Source of the DNA: Nostoc sp. DedSLP01
GTDB lineage: Bacteria; Cyanobacteriota; Cyanobacteriia; Cyanobacteriales; Nostocaceae
Reading direction: 5' to 3'
Length of the DNA stretch: 64,000 nt
NCBI GenBank assembly: GCA_034530875.2
Contig: JAVRCJ020000015.1
Coordinates: 48,744 to 112,743 of the forward strand
The notes under the pieces are model-generated. The model saw only the letters and a program-made list of their open reading frames with translations, did no database searches and had not been told where the DNA came from. Made by a program: the position numbers and the translations under genes. Every line of letters begins with the position of its first letter. Within the stretch, counting starts at the first letter, position 1. Shown in pieces: positions 9,746 to 20,798 of this stretch.

Positions 9746-10468
9746 TTAATTAGCGATTATTAAAATCTGCATTATTAGCCATACTACTGCTGACGCTACT
9801 AATGGTACGCTGAGATTATCCGTGCCGTGCGGTGAGACTGCTTCAGCTAGGGTTGCAATAATAGCAGTTATTATGGCAATCAATAAAGCCCATCCTAAAC
9901 CCAAAGGTATTGCTAAGGGGCTAAGGGACGACCCAGGAAGTAACAACAGCACCAAGAAAATCGCTGCTGTACTCGCCACAAACATTGCTGCGGAACCCTC
10001 CCAGGAACGTACAGAATTTCCCACTTGGTATTGATGCTTCCCAAAGCGCCTACCAACTAAGGCCGCCAGTGCATCTCCCCAAGTCATCGCCATTATTCCA
10101 GCCACAGCAATTGGTACGCTATCCACCGGCCCATTTGGTCGCCACAGTAAACCAAATAACAGCGTTACGGAAATAGCAAAATAAACTGTACCAGGCGAAC
10201 TATCTTCACTATCCATTGCGCCAATGACCCGGTAGCGATAGAACAAGTAGTTGAGTCCGATAAACGTAGCAAAAGGTATAATTCCAACTTCCCAGCGATT
10301 AAACAGCAGCAGGACACCGAAAACCCACATCCCTGCGCCAATATGGATTACCTTGCGAGTTAAATCCGATTTCACGCCAAACAACCTACTTAGTCCCTCC
10401 CCAACAACCAGCAAACCAGTTGCGTACACATAAGAAACTACCAATCCGATAAAATCATTGTTAGTCAT
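9746..10468 (-). CDS. Phytol/dolichol kinase family membrane protein
   Basis: TRKVIHIG, WGDALAALVGRRFG, SWEGS and DNLSVP. Confidence 0.85.
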   Translation of the reverse strand: MTNNDFIGLVVSYVYATGLLVVGEGLSRLFGVKSDLTRKVIHIGAGMWVFGVLLLFNRWEVGIIPFATFIGLNYLFYRYRVIGAMDSEDSSPGTVYFAISVTLLFGLLWRPNGPVDSVPIAVAGIMAMTWGDALAALVGRRFGKHQYQVGNSVRSWEGSAAMFVASTAAIFLVLLLLPGSSLSPLAIPLGLGWALLIAIITAIIATLAEAVSPHGTDNLSVPLVASAVVWLIMQILIIAN

Positions 10469-10709
10469 TAGTTATCCCTCTTCTGTCACTTTCCGGAGAG
10501 TCAATCTCTGAAAGCTTTATCAGTCGGTCAATACAGGCTTTCCTATTAGAAAAAAATAGGTCTTGTATTTGTTATTAGGAAATAATCGAGCGATCGCTGG
10601 CTATACATAAGCTCTAGAATTCAGAAATGGCAAAAGTTTTCGGAGACTGACAGAAGAGGGTTATTAATTATTCTCCTCTGCCTACTCTCCCCCCTGCCCC
10701 TAAAGCCCA

Positions 10710-12470
10710 TCATTTCCCCCGATCGCTATTTCGTTTAAAATTCTTTTCTACTAACGAAACACTACCAATACCTTGGAGAATACCACGACCGATTAAACCT
10801 AAACCACGACCGATAATTTGGGTCAAAACAAACACAATCCCAGTACCTAAAAAAGCTAAGAGCGATTTTAAACGCGGTGCGATCGCATCACTAAATTCTA
10901 GAATCAATGTTACTAATAAAGGAATATTAGAAAGCTGTTCTAACTCCTGATGGCGCGGAGCATAAATTGAAGTTTTGGCAATACCACGAGGTACAATTAC
11001 AAATATTTCATAGCGGCTTTCAAAAACTGCTTTGGCTTCATTTATATAATTATTAAAACGATATTTCCAAGATAACTCGTTCCTAAATCGTTCAATCTCT
11101 CTTGTAGAAATCAATCTACTTCCATAAAAATTTTGCTTAATAAGTTCTACATCTCCCAAAGAATTTAATAATGGTTGTACTACCCCATTTGCTACCTGAA
11201 TTAATAAATTATCTAAAATCATTAATGCTTGGGATTGTGCTTCTGCACTGACGGCTGGATACAAAATATTATTAATATACAATTCTGTTTGAAATAAAAA
11301 ATAGCTATATAATTCTAAAGCTAAAGGAATCTTATTCAGAATCTCTGCCTTTACAATTTCAGATTCTTGCAGTAATAATTTAACAATTTCTCTATTTTTG
11401 TTTCCTATTCTTATTAAAGAAAATTTTCCAAAAAAATCTGTAATTGCTGCTTGCCATAAATCGCTAATTAAAGTATTTTTTACTTCTAGTAATTGATTAA
11501 TTTCCATTTGCGAAGCCCGCAATTCATCCAATTGTTGGGCTAACTTTTGGAGAATCAAATAAAGTAGTTCTCGTTTTTTTTGTTCGCGCAAAATATCAAT
11601 TTCTAACGGAATTTCTGTAATATTTTCTAAAGAAAATTGAAGTTTAGTAATGCAAGTCGCAAACAAAGCAGATTGTAACGCTGCCGTAGTTAGCAGAGGC
11701 GGTGGTGTTTGCGTTTGTTGAATGGCACTACTCGATGAAGCACTCACAGGCGGCTCATCAACAGGCGAAATATTTTCTTGTTCCTTTTCTTGCGCTGAAA
11801 CCAACAACCTATTGAGCAACCAACGAGCTGCTAACAGTTCTCGTCTTTGTCCAGCCAGAATTGCCCGATCTAATACTGGTATTCCAGGTATTTGTAATTG
11901 TGCCGTTACTGCTGCTAGGGTCGCATCAATGTAACCAATTCCTGACAAACGTAAATTATTTCGCAGTCTAAATAAAGGCAGTGGAGAGTAAGTAGAGACG
12001 CGATTCATCGCGTCTGTGGGGTTAGGAGTTATTATTGTTTGGCTTTGGTCAAACCAATGGTAACTACCAGCTGCAACTTGCTGCATGGCAGCAACTAGCT
12101 CAGAAACAGGCGCACCCTTGGGACAGTAGCCATTTATACCAATAGATTTGGCAGCTAATAATAATCCTTGCTCTTGAACAGAACTGAGGAGCAAGATTGG
12201 TAGGTTGGGATATAAGGCTTTTAACTGCTGACAGAATTGCAAACCTAGCTGCGGACTGCTAACACGACCGTTACCTAATTCCAAAACTACCAGATTTACT
12301 TCGTTAGGGTCTTTTTGGGCGATTTCTGCTAAAACCTGCAAGGCAGCAGTATCAGTTTCTACCACTGCTGTTACTCGCACCTCAGGAATTGCTTCTAAAG
12401 CTACCCGTAATCCCAAACGAAAAATTGGGTCTTGGTCTATAAGTAGTAATTTTAAGGGGCGATCGCTCAT
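10710..12470 (-). CDS. ycf55: Ycf55-like protein (receiver-like domain plus DUF3685)
   Basis: N-terminal LLLIDQDPIFRLGL; C-terminal STREIERFRNELSW and IGRGLGLIGRGILQG. Confidence 0.85.
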   Translation of the reverse strand: MSDRPLKLLLIDQDPIFRLGLRVALEAIPEVRVTAVVETDTAALQVLAEIAQKDPNEVNLVVLELGNGRVSSPQLGLQFCQQLKALYPNLPILLLSSVQEQGLLLAAKSIGINGYCPKGAPVSELVAAMQQVAAGSYHWFDQSQTIITPNPTDAMNRVSTYSPLPLFRLRNNLRLSGIGYIDATLAAVTAQLQIPGIPVLDRAILAGQRRELLAARWLLNRLLVSAQEKEQENISPVDEPPVSASSSSAIQQTQTPPPLLTTAALQSALFATCITKLQFSLENITEIPLEIDILREQKKRELLYLILQKLAQQLDELRASQMEINQLLEVKNTLISDLWQAAITDFFGKFSLIRIGNKNREIVKLLLQESEIVKAEILNKIPLALELYSYFLFQTELYINNILYPAVSAEAQSQALMILDNLLIQVANGVVQPLLNSLGDVELIKQNFYGSRLISTREIERFRNELSWKYRFNNYINEAKAVFESRYEIFVIVPRGIAKTSIYAPRHQELEQLSNIPLLVTLILEFSDAIAPRLKSLLAFLGTGIVFVLTQIIGRGLGLIGRGILQGIGSVSLVEKNFKRNSDRGK

Positions 12471-12613
12471 AGTTTGCTCAGTTATACAAATACTGTTTTT
12501 TACAAGTCAAAAAACAGCTTTGATAGAAAACTTTGTCTTCCCCATTGTTACCTGTTTTCGCAAACTGAAGAAATCGATCATAATTGCCATAGCAGGCTTC
12601 ACGATGTAATTAA

Positions 12614-15550
12614 ATGAACCTAAGTATTCGGCACTGGTTAGCAGAACGCTATATCGCAATCCATCAAATAAAGGGATTTTCAGCAGGGCAATTAGCAGGT
12701 ATTGCTTTCCGTATTGTTCGGGAGATGGAAGCCAAAAGCTTGATGCCTTTTGATATCTGTACTCTAGTAGAGGTTTTAGAACTACCGTTAAGTATTGTTT
12801 GCGAAGAAATCAGTGCCATTTCTGAGTTGACAGCAAGCTTGTTGCGTAGCCTCAGCCAAAAAAAACCTTTAAAGCGTAACGAAGGTACATGGTTAGCTTT
12901 TCAAATTGCTTATCTTCAAGCTTTGCAAGCAATTTTAGAGCAGGAATCGAGCCTACAAAGACTGTGGCTTGACCGAGCAAGAATACCTATGCAAACAAAC
13001 ATCCTGCAAGATTCTCAACTGCAAGGACTGTTGAAAACTCTCACTCCGGGCAAATTAACTGACACTCAAGCCGAACAAGCGCTGTCTTTGATTGCCGACT
13101 CATTACTGATACAACAAATAAATAATGCTGCCATAGCTTGGTTAGTCGCCAATGGTGCAGAGGAGGCTGAAGCTAAACTCTTAATACAGCGTTTGCTGAA
13201 CTCATTTCCCGGTCACTTACTAATAGTAGTTAGCGAAAATGCTGCTGCTTTAGCCCAACTACAAAAATTTGTCAGATTGGGGATTTCATCAGCTAATTCT
13301 ACAGCGAGCGATCGCATTGACTTACAGCGAGAAAATTATCGGGCAAGTTTGATTAAAAATTTGAGTCTACCTTTGCTGATGGAATCCTTTGCTCTGAAGG
13401 ATATTTATGTGGCACAAAAAGGCTTACCAGTAGAAGAAAATATTTCCGAGCAGGATAAAAAAACTGTTACGCCAGTTGATTTGAATACATGGGCACAACA
13501 ACAGTTAACAGATTTAGAAACTATCGCTGTTATTGAATCGGAACCAGGTTATGGAAAGACTAGTTTTTGTCAAATTTGGGCGGCACAGGTGGCAGAAAAA
13601 TTTTACCCTGATTGGATACCGATACTAATTAGGTTGCGAGATGTAATTTATGGCAGCACTTTTCTTGAAACTCTTAATTCAGCTTTTCCGATTAATATTT
13701 CAACTTGGTTAGAACAAGAAAATTCTCGTTGTTTGTTGGTGCTTGATGGGTTTGATGAACTACCTTCTGGCGTTATAGGTATAAAAAAACAAGTAATTTT
13801 TATTCAACAATTGCTCAATTTTCAGTCTCAGCAACGACACAAAATTGTGTTAACGAGTCGGTCAATGAGTTTAGAAGATATTGCTCCACAAACACTGCTT
13901 TTATTCAAGCGAATTACCATTCAGCCTTTTGATGTGGAAGAACTAAAACAATGGTTTCAGCAATGGACAAAAGTACAATCATTGGCTAGTGCTCAAAATT
14001 TATTTACATTTTTAAAACAGTCAGGTTTATTTGCAAAACCAAAGTTTTCAGAAGTGTCTGTCTTTGTTCGTCAACCTTTAATGCTGTATTTATTGAGCAT
14101 TTTGCACCGCGAAGGAATGCTAGATGATGAGTTATTGCAGTTATCTAATAAGACTGCTTTGTTATGGGAAATTTATCAACGTTTGAGTCGCTGGTTGTTG
14201 GGCTATCCGTCAACTGGTGGAGTGAAGCCTATGCTGTTGCGAACCGGATGCGCTCATATTCATCGTACTCCAGAAGCGATCGCTAGTTTACTTGGCGATC
14301 GCCATCCACAGGATTTACTCGAGCAAATGCAAGCGATCGCTTTGCAGATTTTACAATCGCAGCGTTATCAAATTAATGAGAAATTGAAGAGTTTGCCGGG
14401 GTTTTATTTTGAAATTAGGAACGTGGAAGGCTCACGCAGAGGCGCGGAGGCGCAGAGGAGTTTAGTGGAGTTTTCGCATAGTAAGTTGGGAGAATATCTT
14501 TGTGGGGAAGCGATTGCTGGTGATTTAAAATTGTTGACTAAGCGCAGAAATGAGGGTTATGGAACGCTTAGTTTTGTACTGGATTCTGCTAGTAGTGTAG
14601 CCGAGCATATTTATAATTTACTTGGCTATGGAATTCTGAGCCAGGAAATTGAAGAACTGGCAATTGAAGGGTTGCGTAGGGAAGAAAAATATAAGTTTTC
14701 TTTTGAAGTTTTATTTCAACGTCTTTTGTCTTTCTGGCGCGGTTACTGTCAAGGACGTTGGTTAGATGAGGGAATAGCACATAAAGCTTTGACTCGTTTT
14801 CACGCACTACAAAACCCTGTCAATGTCGAGCAGGTAAATGCTGCGGTGGGTCTGAATGTATTTATATTACTTTGTGCTTGTTACAGAGAAACAAAAATCC
14901 CTTTTTGGCCATGTGGCAATCCAATCAATTTGACAGAATTCAATTCTGAGGCGTTAAGTGCATTGATTGCTAGGACAAAAGTTTTGCATAAAAGTGCTTT
15001 CACAACCCGAATCAAGTCTCTAGCTGGAATAAACTTATCGGCAGCTTCTTTATTGCAAGTTATGTTACCTCAAATAAATCTTCAGCAAACAAACTTATCT
15101 AATGCTGAGTTAATTGAAGCAAATCTGGCAGGTGCAAATCTTCAACAAGCAAACCTCGCCGGCGCAAACCTTCAACAGGCAAATCTTAAAGGCGCAGACC
15201 TCCAACAAGCAAATCTTACAGGCGCAAATCTCCGGGAAGCAAACTTAATGGGGGTAAATCTGAATTTTGCTAATCTCACCAATGCTTGCTTATTGGATGC
15301 CATACTTTCCGACGCTGACAAAAAAATAGCAGCCGATAATGGTGCTTTGTTGTCCAAGGAATCGGTTGAAAAAGTGAAAAATTTGCAGCAACAGCCCTTA
15401 TTGAATAGCGAAAAAATCAGTTCAAAAACACACAGCCATCCCCTAACAATCGGACTCATCGAAAGCTGCGAAGGTACAATTCTACCAGAAGATTTATATG
15501 ATGAGGATTCTGATGATGAGACAGTTTTTGGCAATAATTCTATTAGGTAA
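12614..15550 (+). CDS. NACHT NTPase with C-terminal pentapeptide repeats
   Basis: Walker A EPGYGKT, Walker B LVLDGFDEL, LTSR, and ANLxx repeats. Confidence 0.85.
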   Translation: MNLSIRHWLAERYIAIHQIKGFSAGQLAGIAFRIVREMEAKSLMPFDICTLVEVLELPLSIVCEEISAISELTASLLRSLSQKKPLKRNEGTWLAFQIAYLQALQAILEQESSLQRLWLDRARIPMQTNILQDSQLQGLLKTLTPGKLTDTQAEQALSLIADSLLIQQINNAAIAWLVANGAEEAEAKLLIQRLLNSFPGHLLIVVSENAAALAQLQKFVRLGISSANSTASDRIDLQRENYRASLIKNLSLPLLMESFALKDIYVAQKGLPVEENISEQDKKTVTPVDLNTWAQQQLTDLETIAVIESEPGYGKTSFCQIWAAQVAEKFYPDWIPILIRLRDVIYGSTFLETLNSAFPINISTWLEQENSRCLLVLDGFDELPSGVIGIKKQVIFIQQLLNFQSQQRHKIVLTSRSMSLEDIAPQTLLLFKRITIQPFDVEELKQWFQQWTKVQSLASAQNLFTFLKQSGLFAKPKFSEVSVFVRQPLMLYLLSILHREGMLDDELLQLSNKTALLWEIYQRLSRWLLGYPSTGGVKPMLLRTGCAHIHRTPEAIASLLGDRHPQDLLEQMQAIALQILQSQRYQINEKLKSLPGFYFEIRNVEGSRRGAEAQRSLVEFSHSKLGEYLCGEAIAGDLKLLTKRRNEGYGTLSFVLDSASSVAEHIYNLLGYGILSQEIEELAIEGLRREEKYKFSFEVLFQRLLSFWRGYCQGRWLDEGIAHKALTRFHALQNPVNVEQVNAAVGLNVFILLCACYRETKIPFWPCGNPINLTEFNSEALSALIARTKVLHKSAFTTRIKSLAGINLSAASLLQVMLPQINLQQTNLSNAELIEANLAGANLQQANLAGANLQQANLKGADLQQANLTGANLREANLMGVNLNFANLTNACLLDAILSDADKKIAADNGALLSKESVEKVKNLQQQPLLNSEKISSKTHSHPLTIGLIESCEGTILPEDLYDEDSDDETVFGNNSIR

Positions 15551-15580
15551 TAGGGCATGGGGCATGGAGATAGGGAGTTA

Positions 15581-15652
15581 GGGGAAAAGGTTAAAGGGTA
15601 AAGGGAAAAGGGATAAATTTAACCTTTCCTCTTTACCCCTTTCCCTTTCCCC
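15581..15652. repeat. Dispersed purine/pyrimidine hairpin element, family A (also at 20045-20122 and 22132-22210)
   Basis: GGGGAAAAGGTTAAAGGG...ATAAATTTAA...TTACCCCTTTCCCTTTCCCC is nearly identical at three loci. Confidence 0.85.
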
Positions 15653-15681
15653 ATGCCTGTTTGACCAATGCCCAATGCCCA

Positions 15682-16128
15682 TTAACTCTCTTGCGAATTG
15701 CGGTAACCATAAAAATTAATACTATAGTCAGTAATTCGCACTCCTGTTTGTTCTTCAACTTGGCGGACAAAATCTTCTGGTAGTTGCACGTGAACATCCA
15801 GAATTTGATTTGTATCCAGACAGTTGACATGACTGTGAGAATCGCTAATATTGCCGTACAAACGCCCGTCGCATCGTTCGATAGACTCGATGATGCCTTG
15901 ACTTGATAAGGCTTCCAAATTTTGATATACCGAAGTATGACCGATTTCTTTGCCTTGTTGGTTTAAGCGATCGTAAATCTCTCTAGCAGAAAGATGCTCG
16001 TTTGCTTGCCAAAGTAGTTCCAGAATAAAGCGACGCTGGCGACTGACGCGCATACCAAGGACTTGGCATCGCTCTAGCGCATCTTCTAGGGAACGAATTG
16101 GTCTTGTAGAAATTGTTTGTTTTTGCAT
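15682..16128 (-). CDS. furC: Fur-family regulator (FurC/PerR type)
   Basis: GMRVSRQRRFIL, HLSAREIY, SVYQNL and HSHVNC. Confidence 0.85.
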   Translation of the reverse strand: MQKQTISTRPIRSLEDALERCQVLGMRVSRQRRFILELLWQANEHLSAREIYDRLNQQGKEIGHTSVYQNLEALSSQGIIESIERCDGRLYGNISDSHSHVNCLDTNQILDVHVQLPEDFVRQVEEQTGVRITDYSINFYGYRNSQES

Positions 16129-16699
16129 ATTACAGCTTGTTAACTGTTGGGGAAGTTTCCCATCTTAAATGTTTATTAGTCAGTCAATATCTGCATGGAT
16201 ATTGCACGCAATTTTTTTACCTGTACTTGTGTTTTGGCTTTTGATGCTGCGGAAGTCACAGGTTGGAATAATGATTTTTTTCTTTTTGATGCCTACTTTG
16301 CCAGACCTTAATCTAAAACAAACTCATTACAACTTTAGCTTAAAAATACTATAAATGTCTACCAAAGAGCAGACGCTGCCTTGACAAAAGAGGCTTATTC
16401 TGGTGACGTGGTATCTTGTTGGTGTAGTAATTTTTGAGTTAAGGGTTTGTAATTCTAGCAGCTATCAGAGTAATATTTCAATTCAGCAAAGTATTTTTAA
16501 TTAAAACTAGGGTTTAGGGTGTAAAAAGAGAGAAAATTTGTATTTTTATATACTCTGCCCCAAAACCAATAAGCTTACAAGCGCTCATCAATTACCCCAC
16601 ACCTTCGGATTTGACTGAGGACTTTTTTTGCTGAATCTAGCGTCAATGGCTCAAAGCTGCTACTGTGTATTCTCGATCTTAGAGTTGAGCAAAAAGAAA

Positions 16700-17185
16700 G
16701 TGGCTGCTGAGTCAAAAACAATTGCGATCGCACTTAATAATGATTTGATTAACAATTTGGATCTGTCGCCAGCGTCAGCGGCGATCGAACAGGTGCTGCA
16801 AGATGGGGCCGCATCCCACGAACAGCAGCTATGCTTTGATATCAATTATGAGAAAGAACCCGAAGATCCGCGCGAACTCTCAGAAATTCCAGAGATCCGG
16901 CTGTGGTTTATCCGTTTAGATGCTAAATACCCCTGGTTGCCATTTTTACTAGATTGGAAAGCAGGAGAATTTGCTCGTTATGTCGCCATGTTAGTACCAC
17001 ATCAGTTCAGTTCCAAAGAAGGTATTCAGTACAATCCTGAAGCCTTAGAGATATTTTTGATGCACAAAATCTTTGTTTTGAATGATTGGCTCAAACAACA
17101 AGGTATTCCCAGCTTATCCCGCCTCAAATCTATGGCACAAATGCTGGGTTATGAATTAGACGATGCTTTTTTTGAAATGTTTTGA
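16700..17185 (+). CDS. CRR6-family NDH-1 maturation factor (DUF1817); start codon uncertain
   Basis: DPRELSEIPEIRLWFIRLDAKYPWLP and AMLVPHQF. Confidence 0.85.
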   Translation: MAAESKTIAIALNNDLINNLDLSPASAAIEQVLQDGAASHEQQLCFDINYEKEPEDPRELSEIPEIRLWFIRLDAKYPWLPFLLDWKAGEFARYVAMLVPHQFSSKEGIQYNPEALEIFLMHKIFVLNDWLKQQGIPSLSRLKSMAQMLGYELDDAFFEMF

Positions 17186-17445
17186 AGAATTCAGGAATCA
17201 GGATTCAGAATTCAGAATTCAGGAGTCAGAATTGTGAATTCAGGACTGCTTGAAGTAGGGGATTAGGCAAAAAGTTTTACCCTACTAAGATTACATATTC
17301 CTAGCGATCGCTAGAAATATGGAATCTCTTAAGGCTGCACCTGAAGTTAACACAGAAACAACTTATGTGTTTATACGTAATTAATGAGTTGTAATTCTCG
17401 ACTCAATTCATTCTGAATTCTGAGTTCTGAATTCTGTATTCTTCT

Positions 17446-18405
17446 TCAACCCCCCCAAATTTTCTCCAAAACAGCGTTTGGTGGAATATCCGCCGTTTTG
17501 CCCGTAGGAGATTTAATGGCAAGGAATTTATCGTTTTTCGGTACCAACTTAGCGGGATCGGTGGGGCCAAATAGAGCAATAGTGTAAGTTTGTACTGCAA
17601 CACTAAGTTGTAGTGCTGCACTGTCAGTAGACAACATCAAGTTTGCTCCGGCAATCATGGCAGTTAACTTGCCGATATCGTCTGGGGCAGTGACTTTGAT
17701 ACCTGGAGAAGACTCCAGAAGCGATCGCACAAACTGGTCATCATCACCCTCTTTGATGACCACCACAGGCAGATCCGGCTGCTTGTATTGGAAATCTTGG
17801 ATAATTTGCCGCCAACTCTCGACAGGGTAGATTTTATCCTGTTCTTTAGCTGAAGATAAATGCTCAGAAACACCATGAATCAAGACATAGCCTGTTTCAT
17901 TTACCCCTAAGCGTTTTTGTTCTTTTTGTGCCCACTCAATATCTGGTTTTGGCACATTTACAGCTAACTCTGGTGCAGGAGTATTAATACCCAATGGTTG
18001 CAGCAACTCGTTATATGCTGCCGCCCCATACTCGGATGGTTTGAACAGCACAGCCTGGGTTAGAAAAGACGAACCCTTGCCTTGGTAGCCAATGCGTATG
18101 GGAATTCCCGTCAACCAGAGTAAAAGACCAACCAACCAACTTTGTCTAGCAGAAATGGCGACTTCGTACTCCCGATCGCGAATCGTGCCCACGAGGTTGC
18201 CCCAATCTGCCAAACTGTTACGGTCTTTGAAATCAAAAGCCAGTACCTCATTAACTGACTTGCTGACCTGATAGGCAGCCTTTGCTTGGGGTTCAACAAC
18301 GACATCTACCTGAGCGTTTGGGTAATAGCGCTTCAGGTTATCTAGAGTCGGAAAGAAGAGAATTTGGTCGCCAATCCCGCCAGGTACAAGGGCTACTACT
18401 CGCAT
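17446..18405 (-). CDS. Glycosyltransferase family 9 (heptosyltransferase-like)
   Basis: PGGIGDQILFFP, STDSAALQL and ALFGPT. Confidence 0.88.
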   Translation of the reverse strand: MRVVALVPGGIGDQILFFPTLDNLKRYYPNAQVDVVVEPQAKAAYQVSKSVNEVLAFDFKDRNSLADWGNLVGTIRDREYEVAISARQSWLVGLLLWLTGIPIRIGYQGKGSSFLTQAVLFKPSEYGAAAYNELLQPLGINTPAPELAVNVPKPDIEWAQKEQKRLGVNETGYVLIHGVSEHLSSAKEQDKIYPVESWRQIIQDFQYKQPDLPVVVIKEGDDDQFVRSLLESSPGIKVTAPDDIGKLTAMIAGANLMLSTDSAALQLSVAVQTYTIALFGPTDPAKLVPKNDKFLAIKSPTGKTADIPPNAVLEKIWGG

Positions 18406-18474
18406 AATATTTATTGACGCTTACTCGCTCCCTATTTTAGGGGAAAATATATAGCTTAAAGATTGAGGAATTCT

Positions 18475-19158
18475 GTGTATTTACTAATTCCAGCTGCCGG
18501 AATCGGAAAAAGAATGGGTAGTAACCGCAATAAACTGCTGCTCAAGGTGCGATCGCAACCAATTATTGCTTGGACTTTGTTAGCCGCCGAAGCTGCTAGT
18601 ACAATTAGCTGGATCGGGATTGTTTCCCAACCGACTGACTGGCCTGATTTGAAAGCAATTCTCGCCGATCTCAAGCTCACCAAACCAGTAGAATTTATTC
18701 TTGGCGGCTCCACCCGCCAAGAATCTGTTTACAATGGCTTGCAGGCGCTCCCAGCCAACGCAGAACAAGTTTTGATTCACGACGGCGCTAGATGCCTCGT
18801 AACGCCAGATTTATTCAACTCTTGCGCCCAAGCCATTCGCCACTGCCCTGGTTTAATTGCCGCAGTGCCAGTTAAAGACACCATTAAAGTTGTCAATAAA
18901 CAAGGAATTATTCAAAGTACGCCCGACAGACAACAATTGTGGGCGGCACAAACTCCCCAAGGATTTGATGTCAAATTGTTAAAGCAGTGTCATGCTGAAG
19001 GTGTGCGCCAAAATTGGGAAGTAACAGACGATGCTGCTTTATTTGAAAAATGCGGCATTGAAGTCAGAATTGTTGAGGGAGAAGAGACAAACTTAAAAGT
19101 CACCACTCCCCAAGATTTAGCGATCGCAGAATTTATCCTTACGAGTAGGGGTTTTTGA
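18475..19158 (+). CDS. ispD: 2-C-methyl-D-erythritol 4-phosphate cytidylyltransferase
   Basis: PAAGIGKRM, GGSTRQESV, HDGARC, QTPQGF, TDDA and KVTTPQDL; GTG start after GAGGA. Confidence 0.95.
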   Translation: MYLLIPAAGIGKRMGSNRNKLLLKVRSQPIIAWTLLAAEAASTISWIGIVSQPTDWPDLKAILADLKLTKPVEFILGGSTRQESVYNGLQALPANAEQVLIHDGARCLVTPDLFNSCAQAIRHCPGLIAAVPVKDTIKVVNKQGIIQSTPDRQQLWAAQTPQGFDVKLLKQCHAEGVRQNWEVTDDAALFEKCGIEVRIVEGEETNLKVTTPQDLAIAEFILTSRGF

Positions 19159-19398
19159 AGGGCAGGGGAGCAGAGGGGCAGAGGGGCAGGGGAGACAAGG
19201 AGAATAATTCTTAACTTTTAACTCTCCACTCAGCACTCCCAGTCCCCAATCCCTAATTTAATTTTGAGATTGTTAAAATATTTTTGACATTTTAGGATAA
19301 GATCCCAGAGACTTGTTGATTGTTAGTTGTAATTTGTCTTTGAAGTTCTACTTGCAGAAACCCTCCGTTTAAAGTTCTGTGTTTGTCATCGGTAAACA

Positions 19399-19472
19399 AT
19401 CAATGACCAATGACTAACAACTAATGACCAATGACTAACAACTAATGACCAATGACTAATGACTAATGACTA
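19399..19472. repeat. STRR heptamer tandem repeats (AATGACT/AATGACC/AACAACT)
   Basis: About 10 heptamers directly upstream of scpB. Similar arrays at 8205-8250, 17190-17245, 37405-37460 and 37540-37570. Confidence 0.9.
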
Positions 19473-19473
19473 A

Positions 19474-20016
19474 ATGATTACAGCCACAGCGACTAAGATA
19501 GAAGCGATTCTCTATTTAAAGGGTAAACCCTTGTCGCTCGGCGAAATCGCCGAGTATGCAGCTTGCGATCGCGCCAGTGTTAAGGAAGGCATCATTGAAC
19601 TAATGGACAATTATGCCCACCGAGAAAGCGCCCTAGAAGTAGTAGAAACCCCAGATGGCTATAGTTTGCAACTGAGGTCAGATTTTCACGATTTAGTGCA
19701 AACTATGATACCAGTAGAATTGGGTGTAGGTGCATTGCGAACATTGGCAGCGATCGCCTTGAATAATCCCATACTCCAGAGCGACTTAATTAATTTGCGG
19801 GGTTCAGGAGTATATCAGCACGTTCCAGAACTAGTGGAACTCGGTTTCGTCCGCAAGCGACGAGACAGCGATTCTCGCTCCTACTCGCTGCAAGTAACCC
19901 CAAAATTTCATCAATATTTCCAAATCGAAGAACTCCCGCAAATACTTTCCAACAACCAAAAGGAAGAACAACTCGAACTACAGCTAGAACTCAAGGGAGT
20001 GGGGAGTGGGGAGTAG
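19474..20016 (+). CDS. scpB: SMC-Scp complex subunit ScpB
   Basis: KIEAILY, ALRTLAAIA, RGSG and TPKFHQYF. Confidence 0.92.
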   Translation: MITATATKIEAILYLKGKPLSLGEIAEYAACDRASVKEGIIELMDNYAHRESALEVVETPDGYSLQLRSDFHDLVQTMIPVELGVGALRTLAAIALNNPILQSDLINLRGSGVYQHVPELVELGFVRKRRDSDSRSYSLQVTPKFHQYFQIEELPQILSNNQKEEQLELQLELKGVGSGE

Positions 20017-20234
20017 GGAATGGGGCAGGGGAGCTCTTGAGACAGGGGAAAAGGTTAAAGGGAAAAGGGAAAAGGAATAAATTTAATCTTTCTCCTTTCC
20101 CCTTACCCCTTTCCCTTTCCCCATACCAATGCCCAATCCCAATTTCCTCTTAATGACTTATATCCGTGGTGAATGCGTTACCCTTGTACTATGGTTTAGA
20201 GTAGAGTTAGCAATTAAGCTAAATAAAACTGCCA

Positions 20235-20573
20235 ATGGTGTTTAATCCTGACTTCTTGAATGACAACTCTGAGGAACACCCTAATCAACTTCTTTCAGAT
20301 CGTTCTGACGAATACCCCAATCAATTACTCAAATATCTACAACATCAGTCTCCTGATGTTCTAGCTAGAGTAGCCCAGTCTGTTAGCCCAGAAATTAAAC
20401 AAATCATTTCGCAAAACGTGCAAGGGCTAGTAGGAATGCTCCCCGCAGAAAATTTCAACGTGCAAATTACAACAGATCGGGAGAACCTAGCTGGGCTTTT
20501 AGCATCAGCTATGATGACAGGATATTTTCTGCGGCAGATGGAACAAAGAATGCAGCTAGAGCAAAAGTTATAA
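20235..20573 (+). CDS. DUF760 family protein
   Basis: LLKYLQHQSP and RENLAGLLASAMMTGYFLR. Confidence 0.85.
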   Translation: MVFNPDFLNDNSEEHPNQLLSDRSDEYPNQLLKYLQHQSPDVLARVAQSVSPEIKQIISQNVQGLVGMLPAENFNVQITTDRENLAGLLASAMMTGYFLRQMEQRMQLEQKL

Positions 20574-20798
20574 GCAATGAGTTGAAAGTTATAAATTATG
20601 AGTTAGGAGTTGTGAAAAGTTTTTCCGGAATTTCCAGCTAAAAAAATAGCCAGTCCGGGGGCGCAAGGACTGGCATCCCTAAAAATATACTAATCATCTG
20701 GGATAATTTATTTTTGGGAAATTCTTAACTTCTAACTCTTGTACAGACATGATTGATTGCGTCTCTACTTTTTTGTACAGACATAATTGATTGCGTCT

